Source: Edaphobacter aggregans (lineage in GTDB: Bacteria; Acidobacteriota; Terriglobia; Terriglobales; Acidobacteriaceae). Taken from it: DNA of 32,000 nucleotides. The notes beneath the pieces are model-generated. The model ran no database searches. It saw only the letters and a program-made list of their open reading frames with translations, and had not been told where the DNA came from. Shown here in pieces: positions 9,749 to 16,180 of this stretch. The translations under genes were made by a program, and so were the position numbers. Location of the stretch: the NCBI RefSeq assembly GCF_003945235.1, contig NZ_RSDW01000001.1, positions 3,360,001 through 3,392,000 of the forward strand, written 5' to 3'. Position 1 is the first letter of the stretch. Each line of letters begins with the position of its first letter.

Positions 9749-10096
9749 TCACAGCCTGATGCCGTGTTCGCCGATGACAGTAAAAACGTCCAGCAGATGA
9801 GTAAGGCCGAGAAGCTCCCGGACGCGCTTGCCAATATTGAGGAGCTGTAACTCACAGCCCGCCGTCTTGGATGAAGTGTAGAGTCCGACGAGTGTCCCGA
9901 GGCCCGTGCTGTCTATGGCGGTGATATCCGACATGTCCAGCACCACTCGTTTGGTGTCCGAGATCAATGGGCGAACATTCGAGTAGAGGACACCGGTCAG
10001 TCCAGAGACCAGTTGCCCGTGGCACCTCACAACAGCCACGCCGTCTGTACGCTCAATCTCGAGAGTAAGGTAGCGCGGGGCTGCTTGATCGGGCAT
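9749..10096 (-). CDS. STAS-domain protein (SpoIIAA/RsbV-like anti-sigma-factor antagonist)
   Basis: 115 aa. 'VVRCHGQLV', 'VVLDMSDITAIDSTGLGTLVG' (the phosphorylatable Ser in the DSTG context is retained) and 'LQLLNIGKRVRELLGLTHLLDVF'. RBS GGAGAG lies upstream. No RsbW/RsbU-type partner is present in the window. Confidence 0.8.
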   Translation of the reverse strand: MPDQAAPRYLTLEIERTDGVAVVRCHGQLVSGLTGVLYSNVRPLISDTKRVVLDMSDITAIDSTGLGTLVGLYTSSKTAGCELQLLNIGKRVRELLGLTHLLDVFTVIGEHGIRL

Positions 10097-10203
10097 TAGG
10101 CTCTCCGTCTTCGGAACAGAATCAAACGAAAATGACCGGTTCGAATGAGTCTCTCATACCTAATGGGAATGGGGTAGATTCGAAAATCGCCAAGCTTTCG
10201 ACC

Positions 10204-10268
10204 GGGTGCCGGTTACCCCATGTCTCGCTTCTGAGACATGGGTTCATTCGCGCAAAGCGCGAACCGCT
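10204..10268 (+). repeat. REP-1 two-hairpin repeat, copy B
   Basis: The core 10217-10268 matches copy A (9679-9730) at 51 of 52 nt, differing only in the hairpin-1 loop. There is a 7-nt insertion (cggttac) after the gggtgc leader. Orientation is the same as copy A. Confidence 0.8.
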
Positions 10269-10291
10269 CTTTAATCTCTTTCATTAAAGCT

Positions 10292-10347
10292 GTCATTTCG
10301 ACCGAAGCTGCTCGCGTTTTTTCGCGAGCAGCGCAGCGGAGAAACCC
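10292..10347 (+). repeat. REP-2 intergenic repeat, copy b
   Basis: Sequence: gtcatttcgaccgaagc-[gctgctcgcg tttttt cgcgagcagc]-gcagcggagaaaccc. The perfect 10-bp stem is at 10307-10316 / 10323-10332. It is preceded by another small hairpin, ctttaat-ctctttc-attaaag (10269-10289). Confidence 0.6.
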
Positions 10348-10407
10348 GCTTCTCTACCGATACCTCCTTCTAGCAAAAGCATCTGCTGTTGCTCTTGCTC
10401 TTCGCAG

Positions 10408-10836
10408 CTAAGCACTCAAAATCCCACGCTCCTTCAAAACCGCCATCAAGTTCTGATGCGCCAGATAAAACACAATCTTCAGCCCGTCCTCCGCGCGATG
10501 CACGATAAATGTCGACCGCAGCGCAATCTCTTCCCCGGTTTCGAACTCCATCATCCACTCGGTCTCTACCAGAACATACCGATCACCCAGCGGCCACTCC
10601 TCCATAGAAGCCAGCCTCGTCCTATGGCTCCCAGCCCCTTCCAACAGCTTTCTTTTCAGAGCAACGGCCTTCGGCAAATCAGCCGCCGAAACAACTCGTC
10701 CGCCTGCCGAATCTGCCGCCATAAAGACCTCAGCGAACTGCCGCAATGCCTCCTCGGCTGAACCACCGTCGTTCGCACATCTCTCATACTCCTTGAAGAA
10801 CTGTTCCACCTCCGTGCTAATTCTGTTCATTTCCAT
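10408..10836 (-). CDS. Hypothetical protein, probably NTF2-like / SnoaL-DUF4440-like fold
   Basis: 142 aa with GGAGG immediately before the ATG at 10836. A near-consensus promoter lies upstream. The length and pattern (N-terminal helix 'EVEQFFKEYERCAN', later beta-rich 'YVLVETEWMMEF...STFIVHRAEDGLKIVFYLAH') resemble NTF2-like proteins. The fold call is an impression only. Confidence 0.6.
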   Translation of the reverse strand: MEMNRISTEVEQFFKEYERCANDGGSAEEALRQFAEVFMAADSAGGRVVSAADLPKAVALKRKLLEGAGSHRTRLASMEEWPLGDRYVLVETEWMMEFETGEEIALRSTFIVHRAEDGLKIVFYLAHQNLMAVLKERGILSA

Positions 10837-10874
10837 GCCTCCACTCGCGCGAATTGAGAAAAAGGTCCTTTAGT

Positions 10875-10903
10875 ATTATATCACACTTAGCCAGATTTAT
10901 CAA
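10875..10903 (-). promoter_or_regulatory. Near-consensus sigma70-type promoter with extended -10, driving the NTF2-like gene
   Basis: The minus strand reads TTGATA-(17 nt)-TATAAT, with TGa directly 5' of the -10. The -35 is at 10903-10898 and the -10 at 10880-10875. The predicted 5' UTR is about 30 nt and contains GGAGG. Confidence 0.55.
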
Positions 10904-11091
10904 GATAAGATCATTGCAATCAGTAATTTACAGGTCAATGGATAATGGGTATCCCAAGACTTCAGCCTTAGGTCTTTCGCTAAGGGCTACAAAAACCTTG
11001 TCAAGCCCCAATCCCATCTAACTCCATAACTATCAACAAGATCCGAGTGGCATAATGATTTCCCCAACTCGGTATACTAGAAATAGAGAAG

Positions 11092-11133
11092 AAAAAGGAG
11101 AAAGCTCCGGCCACCCGGAGCTTTCTCCTTTTC
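11092..11133. terminator. Bidirectional intrinsic terminator
   Basis: Sequence: aaaaa-ggagaaagctccgg-ccac-ccggagctttctcc-ttttc. It is a 14-bp perfect GC-rich stem (11097-11110 / 11115-11128) flanked by an A-run and a T-run. On the minus strand it lies about 240 nt after the ABC-F stop. Confidence 0.75.
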
Positions 11134-11185
11134 TATCAAGACTTTAAAAGTTTCAGCCCAATAAAATGAATACTTTAGCAAAGAA

Positions 11186-11375
11186 GTCCAGACCTAAACT
11201 ATTTCGAAAGAAGACTTTAGGACCAAAAGTATGGGAGGGGATACCTGACACCAGATACCTGACGCCTGATACCTATTACCGTGATATTTGTTGCCTGACA
11301 AAGCACCAAAGTCCAGACTTAACCAGTCTATTTTGGAATACTTATGATCAAAAGTACGGGGGAGGGGATACCTAA
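11186..11375 (+). repeat. Imperfect ~65-bp direct repeat pair (11186-11248 and 11309-11375)
   Basis: Both copies run aagtccagacYtaa...caaaagtaYggg(gg)aggggataccta/ga. The second copy overlaps the ABC-F stop codon (11372-11374). Confidence 0.55.
11240..11281 (+). repeat. 14-bp tandem repeat x3, plus a degenerate fourth unit
   Basis: Units are gatacctgacacca | gatacctgacgcct | gatacctattaccg, followed by tgatatttgttgcc. Confidence 0.6.
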
Positions 11376-13348
11376 GCGAGCTTCTGCTCCTCAAGAGTCA
11401 AAGCCAGCTCCTCCCACTCGCTCAGCAGCGCCGCCCGTTCGCCCCGAAGCCGATCCAGCTCAGCCGCCGTCCGCTGAGACTCCTCCGCCGAGGTAAACAC
11501 GCCCAGCCGCTCCTCGGCAGCAGCAATGGACGACTCCAACCGCGGGATCTCCTCTTCCGCGAACCGAAGCCGGTCCTCCAGCTGCTTGAGCTTGATCGGA
11601 TTCAGCCGCTTCACCGTAGCAACAGCAGGAGCCTCCGCCACAGCAACCGGAGCCTCAACAGCCGCAACCGGAGGAGCCGCAACCGCAGCCGTAGTCCCGC
11701 TGGAGAGCGAAGTAGCCACCTTCTCCGGCCCACCTTGCTTCCGCCACAGGTAGTCCTCATAGTTGCCGGGATAGATATGCATCCGCCGGTCTTCCACCTC
11801 GAAGACCCGGGTAGCCAGTCCGTCAATAAAGTACCGGTCATGCGAAACGAAAAGCACCGTGCCTGTAAAGTTCTTGATCGCGTCCAGCAGAACATCCTTG
11901 GCGCGAAGATCAAGGTGGTTCGTCGGCTCGTCCAGCAGCAGCATGTTGCTCGGCGAAACCAGCATCTTCGCCATCGCATAACGGTTGCGCTCTCCACCCG
12001 AGAGCACACCCAGCTTCTTGAAGACGTCGTCGCCGGAGAACATGAAGCAGCCAAGCAGGCTCCGCAACTCGACGACAGGAACCTTAGGCGCCGCACCACT
12101 GATGTCGTCCAGCATCCCAGCGTTCGGGTCGAGCACCTTGTACTGATCCTGAGCGAAGAAGTCGACCAACGCATTGTGGCCCAGCCTGATCGTGCCGGAC
12201 GTCGCATCCTCCTGCCCGCTGAGCAGCCGGATCAGCGTCGACTTACCAGCACCATTCGCTCCAACCAGCGCGATCCGGTCGCCCCGCTCGATGGTGAAGT
12301 TCAGGTCATCCAGAATGAGCTTCTCACCCCCATCCGGCGTCGGATAAACCTTCCGAAGATTCTGCACCTCAATCACAGTGCGACCCGATGCCGGCGGCTG
12401 CGGAATCGAGAAATGAATCGTCGCCTCTTCTTCCGGCACTTCAATGCGCTCGATTTTTTCAAGTTCTTTGATCCGCGACTGCACCTGCTTCGCCTTCGTC
12501 GCCTGATACCGAAACCGATTGATAAACGCTTCAAGCGCGTCAATCCGATCACGCTGGTTCTTGTACGCAGACATCAACTGCGTGCGACGTTCTTCCTTCT
12601 GGGCAACATACTTCTCATAGTTGCCGTGATACGTGTGCATGCGCTTGTTCCATATCTCGATCGTCTTGTTGACGGTGACGTCGAGGAAGTAGCGGTCGTG
12701 CGAGATCAGGATGAACGCGTTCGGGTAGTCATGGAGATAGTTCTCCAGCCAGTTACGCGACTCGAGGTCAAGGTGATTGGTCGGCTCATCCAGCAGCAGC
12801 AGTGAGGGCTTCTGCAGCAGCAGCTTGGCCAGCGCAATTCGCATCTGCCAGCCGCCGGAGAACTCCTCCGTCTTGCGCTCCCAATCCTCCTTGGAGAAGC
12901 CAAGACCACCAAGAACCGCTCCGACCTGAGCGTCGAGAGTGTAGATGTCGTGGACATGAAGCTGATCGGCAATATCGGAGTAGCGCTCGGCCGCAGTCAT
13001 GTACTCCTTCGACTTGGGATCCGCTTCCGACAGCGTATGCGTAAGCTCGATGGACTCCGCCTCAAGCGCATGCAGATGGTCGAAGACCGAGAGGCACTCG
13101 GCAAACACGGTCTTCCCCCGAAGCGCAAGCCCGTCCTGAGGCAGATAGCCAAGGGTCATCCCCTTGACACGAGTAAGCTGTCCGTAATCCAGGGACTCGA
13201 CCCCGGCCAGTATCTTAAGCAGGGTTGACTTGCCGGTACCGTTACCGCCGACAAGGCCAGTGCGCTCGTCCGGCGTAATCAGCCAGTTAGCGTCTTCAAA
13301 TAGGAGTTTTTGGCCGAAGCGTTTGCCGGCAGCTGAGAGTTGGAGCAT
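11372..13348 (-). CDS. ABC-F family ATPase (two ABC domains, no TMD; Uup/YheS-like with a C-terminal coiled coil)
   Basis: Walker A motifs are 'GGNGTGKSTLLK' and 'GANGAGKSTLIR'. Signature motifs are 'FSGGWQMR' and 'LSGGERNR'. Walker B motifs are 'LLLLDEPTNHLD' and 'MLLLDEPTNHLD'. The preferred start is the ATG at 13348 (MLQLSAAGKRF), preceded by AGAGGTGGA. The track start at 13414 adds 22 implausible residues. Confidence 0.9.
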   Translation of the reverse strand: MLQLSAAGKRFGQKLLFEDANWLITPDERTGLVGGNGTGKSTLLKILAGVESLDYGQLTRVKGMTLGYLPQDGLALRGKTVFAECLSVFDHLHALEAESIELTHTLSEADPKSKEYMTAAERYSDIADQLHVHDIYTLDAQVGAVLGGLGFSKEDWERKTEEFSGGWQMRIALAKLLLQKPSLLLLDEPTNHLDLESRNWLENYLHDYPNAFILISHDRYFLDVTVNKTIEIWNKRMHTYHGNYEKYVAQKEERRTQLMSAYKNQRDRIDALEAFINRFRYQATKAKQVQSRIKELEKIERIEVPEEEATIHFSIPQPPASGRTVIEVQNLRKVYPTPDGGEKLILDDLNFTIERGDRIALVGANGAGKSTLIRLLSGQEDATSGTIRLGHNALVDFFAQDQYKVLDPNAGMLDDISGAAPKVPVVELRSLLGCFMFSGDDVFKKLGVLSGGERNRYAMAKMLVSPSNMLLLDEPTNHLDLRAKDVLLDAIKNFTGTVLFVSHDRYFIDGLATRVFEVEDRRMHIYPGNYEDYLWRKQGGPEKVATSLSSGTTAAVAAPPVAAVEAPVAVAEAPAVATVKRLNPIKLKQLEDRLRFAEEEIPRLESSIAAAEERLGVFTSAEESQRTAAELDRLRGERAALLSEWEELALTLEEQKLA

Positions 13349-13452
13349 TCCACCTCTATTTTCGCATCTGCGAGGGCACAACAGCGCTTTCCACCCCGAC
13401 CGGGGAAGAGACAACTGCGAAGCGCTCTGCTACTGTCAATCTTGGGAGCTTG

Positions 13453-13788
13453 ATGTCTGGACACCCACAACTTTTCCCGGATCGTGAACCGGCTGTGATG
13501 CGCGCGGCGGAAGACAACGCCGAACCAGCAAGAAAGGCCGCCCCAGTGTGGTTGCAGCGGCTATCGCTGTTTGTCCTGGTGCTGTTCTGCGTGTATCTTG
13601 GCGTGCTGGTGATGGTGCTGCCCTGGTGGACGCGGGTGTGGGACCACAACATGTTCATCCAGGCTCGCCCATGGCTGGCAACGCTGCTACACAATGGTGC
13701 GGTGCGCGGGATCGTCTCCGGCCTGGGATTGCTGGATATCTGGATAGGCGTCTCCGAGGCGGTCCATTATCGTGATTACCGCGGATAG
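13453..13788 (+). CDS. Small hypothetical membrane protein (two predicted TM helices)
   Basis: Hydrophobic spans are 'LSLFVLVLFCVYLGVLVMVLPWW' and 'GIVSGLGLLDIWIGV'. GGGAG lies before the ATG at 13453. It is 42 nt upstream of the LOG gene on the same strand. No family was recognised. Confidence 0.5.
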   Translation: MSGHPQLFPDREPAVMRAAEDNAEPARKAAPVWLQRLSLFVLVLFCVYLGVLVMVLPWWTRVWDHNMFIQARPWLATLLHNGAVRGIVSGLGLLDIWIGVSEAVHYRDYRG

Positions 13789-13830
13789 GAACAAAAAAAC
13801 AGCCCGAAACAACTGAATCGAGACAAAACC

Positions 13831-14808
13831 ATGGACCGAGAAACACCTGAAGCGCTGCCATCAGCTCCACTTGCTTACGAGAATCCCGATTTTCTTAACT
13901 CCCCGGATGGTCGAATCCTGCGCATCATGGCGGAGTACCAGGAGCCGATGATGCGGTTCCGGCGCGAGCGGGTGCAGGACACGGTGGTGTTCTTCGGGTC
14001 TGCCAGATTTCGAGCACTAGATGTGGCGAGCGCCGAACTTGAGCTGCTGGCGAATACCGGTGCGACGCAGCCTGCTCCAGCAGAAGAGCAACCAGCGCGA
14101 CCTGAGGAGATTGAGAGCGGAGAGGTGAGCGCGCAGAGGTTGCAGCTGGCAAAGGCGGCAGTGGAGATGGCTGCTTACTATGAGGACGCGCGCAAACTAG
14201 CTTGGTTGATGTCCAAATGGGCGCAGTCGCTACCAGGGCGTCGGCACCGATTCGTTGTGACCTCAGGTGGCGGCCCTGGGATCATGGAAGCCGCAAACCG
14301 CGGAGCCTACGAAGCAGGCGGCAAGACTATCGGGCTGAACATCAAGTTGCCGTTCGAGCAATACCCGAACCCGTACATTACTCCGGAGTTGAACTTCGAC
14401 TTCCACTATTTTTTTATGAGGAAGTACTGGTTCGCGTACCTAGCAAAGGCTCTGGTGGTGTTTCCCGGGGGGTTTGGCACTCTGGACGAGATGTTTGAGG
14501 TGCTGACGCTGGCTCAGACCCACAAACTGGCGAAAAAGATCACGGTGGTGATCTACGGATCAGAGTATTGGAAGAGTGTGATCAATCTGGATGTGCTGGC
14601 GGAAAAAGGTGCGATTGCTAAGGCAGACCTGGATCTGTTTCAGTTTGCCGATACCCCGGAGGAAGCCTTCGAGATCTTGAAGAAGGGGCTGACAGAGAAC
14701 CATCTGCAGAGCGAGTACGAGCGGAATCTTCGCCAGAAATGGGAGGCCGAAGGGCCAGCCCCGAGCGCGCAGGAGATTCTGGGGCCGGATATCGCAAAGA
14801 CCCGGTAG
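13831..14808 (+). CDS. LOG family protein (TIGR00730-type nucleotide 5'-monophosphate nucleosidase / cytokinin riboside phosphoribohydrolase-like)
   Basis: Family motifs are 'VVTSGGGPGIMEAANRGA' and 'FPGGFGTLDEMFEVLT'. 'DTVVFFGSARF' matches the long (type II) LOG N-terminus. Confidence 0.85.
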   Translation: MDRETPEALPSAPLAYENPDFLNSPDGRILRIMAEYQEPMMRFRRERVQDTVVFFGSARFRALDVASAELELLANTGATQPAPAEEQPARPEEIESGEVSAQRLQLAKAAVEMAAYYEDARKLAWLMSKWAQSLPGRRHRFVVTSGGGPGIMEAANRGAYEAGGKTIGLNIKLPFEQYPNPYITPELNFDFHYFFMRKYWFAYLAKALVVFPGGFGTLDEMFEVLTLAQTHKLAKKITVVIYGSEYWKSVINLDVLAEKGAIAKADLDLFQFADTPEEAFEILKKGLTENHLQSEYERNLRQKWEAEGPAPSAQEILGPDIAKTR

Positions 14809-14922
14809 ATGGTCGTGCTGTAACCTTTCTGGTTACTGGATTTGCGGATATTGAAGCCCCATTGTTGGTGCAGTTACATGACTGTCATTTATAGGCCCCA
14901 TACTGACCCCGAGGGAGCCAGA

Positions 14923-16107
14923 ATGGGGGTCGCGATGAGCCAGTCGAGTGTTTCGTATCTGTGGAGAGAGCCGGATGCGGCAAAGAACTTCAAGACCGGC
15001 GTTTCGTTACACAGCCACACGAACCAGTCGAAGGAGACATTGGATTTTATCTCCGAGCTGTCGAAGGACTGGGGAATACTGCAGCCGGTAATGCGGTGGT
15101 GTGAAGCTCGCAGCCATCGGCTCTCGGGGATTCAGCCGGACTATGCACGCAGTTACTGGACTCCACCGCTGACGCCCAGCCTGGCGTTCGACCTGGAGAG
15201 ACGGCAGATCGAGGAAAAGCTGCAGTTGCCGGGTCTGGTGTCGATTACGGACCATGACGACATCAACGCACCGCTGCTTCTGAGGTCTCTGCCTTCTGCA
15301 CGGCACATTCCGGTGTCGGTGGAGTGGACGGTGCCGTTTGGGACGACAGCGTTTCATCTAGGCATCCACAACCTGCCCAGCGCGACAGGCGTGGCTTGGA
15401 TGGAGCGGATGCGGGAGTTTACTGCGATTCCGGTCGAGACTAGGGCTCCTGAGCTCCTGCGGGATATGCTGGCTGAGCTAGATGAGTTGCCGAGTGTGCT
15501 GGTTATCTTCAACCATCCGATATGGGACCTGTATCGCGTCGGCAAGGACCGCCATGAGGTCTTCGTGAACGAGTTTCTGGCGAGGCATGGACAGCACGTT
15601 CATGCGCTGGAACTGAACGGGCTACGGAACTGGAAGGAGAACCGCGAGGCTGCCACACTTGCGAGCAAGTGGAATCAGTTGGTGATCAGCGGCGGGGATC
15701 GGCACGGAGTGGAGCCGAATGCGAATGTGAACCTTACGCGGGCGGAGAGCTTTACGGAGTTTGTGCACGAGGTCCGACGTGAGCGACAAAGCCATGTGCT
15801 GTTTATGCCGCAGTACGCAGAGCCGTGGAAACACAGAATTCTGCAATCAACGCTGGATGCGATTCGGGACTATCCGCACTTTCCGGAGGGGTCGAGACGC
15901 TGGGATCAGAGGGTGTATCACCCGGACCGCAAGGGCGACATGCAGCCTTTATCGGAGCTCTGGAACCGCGGAAGGAGTCCCCGATTCGTTCGAGGCGTCC
16001 TCGCAGCGGTTCGGATGATGGGAGCAGCACCACTGTCACGTGGGTTGCGGCTGGCATGGAACGAATCGGGAGAGATGCGTACAACGCTGTCAAGGCAAGA
16101 GGCCTGA
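14923..16107 (+). CDS. PHP-domain-like metal-dependent phosphoesterase (hypothetical)
   Basis: PHP-like metal-ligand motifs are 'VSLHSHTNQS', 'VSITDHDDINA', 'FHLGIHN' and 'VISGGDRHG'. The start is uncertain: ATG 14923 follows GAGGGAG, and the alternatives are ATG 14878 and TTG 14842. Confidence 0.6.
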   Translation: MGVAMSQSSVSYLWREPDAAKNFKTGVSLHSHTNQSKETLDFISELSKDWGILQPVMRWCEARSHRLSGIQPDYARSYWTPPLTPSLAFDLERRQIEEKLQLPGLVSITDHDDINAPLLLRSLPSARHIPVSVEWTVPFGTTAFHLGIHNLPSATGVAWMERMREFTAIPVETRAPELLRDMLAELDELPSVLVIFNHPIWDLYRVGKDRHEVFVNEFLARHGQHVHALELNGLRNWKENREAATLASKWNQLVISGGDRHGVEPNANVNLTRAESFTEFVHEVRRERQSHVLFMPQYAEPWKHRILQSTLDAIRDYPHFPEGSRRWDQRVYHPDRKGDMQPLSELWNRGRSPRFVRGVLAAVRMMGAAPLSRGLRLAWNESGEMRTTLSRQEA

Positions 16108-16180
16108 TCTCGTAGGGGGACGTGGCTGTTGCTTTGAATTTTCTATCCACGGTTGGCAGGGTGCGGGATAGTCTAAAGCG

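Noticed and set aside
10125-10160. tRNA-like 'ccggttcgaatg' T-arm-looking string.
   Set aside because: No complementary T-stem, acceptor stem or anticodon arm can be drawn around it. It lies in the STAS gene's upstream region.
10861-11371. AT-rich island as a replication origin (oriC/DUE) linked to the nearby skew switch.
   Set aside because: Only loose 7 of 9 matches to the DnaA box TTATCCACA were found (for example aatggataa, ttatcaaga, ctatcaaca), with no perfect or clustered boxes. No dnaA/dnaN is adjacent. The island lies about 2 kb inside the C-rich side rather than at the switch.
11166-11375. 69-aa ORF (+) and the 66-aa ORF 11194-11394 (-) inside the AT-rich island.
   Set aside because: There is no Shine-Dalgarno sequence. 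The sequence is built from the direct and tandem repeats. The codon usage is unlike any neighbouring gene, and the ORF overlaps the ABC-F stop. I treat both as non-coding, though a tiny protein cannot be excluded without expression data.
13348-13414. Longer N-terminus for the ABC-F protein (track start 13414).
   Set aside because: The extra 22 residues ('MSLPRSGWKALLCPRRCENRGG') are unlike ABC-F N-termini. The ATG at 13348 has a strong AGAGGTGGA RBS and begins with the typical 'MLQLS..' just before Walker A.
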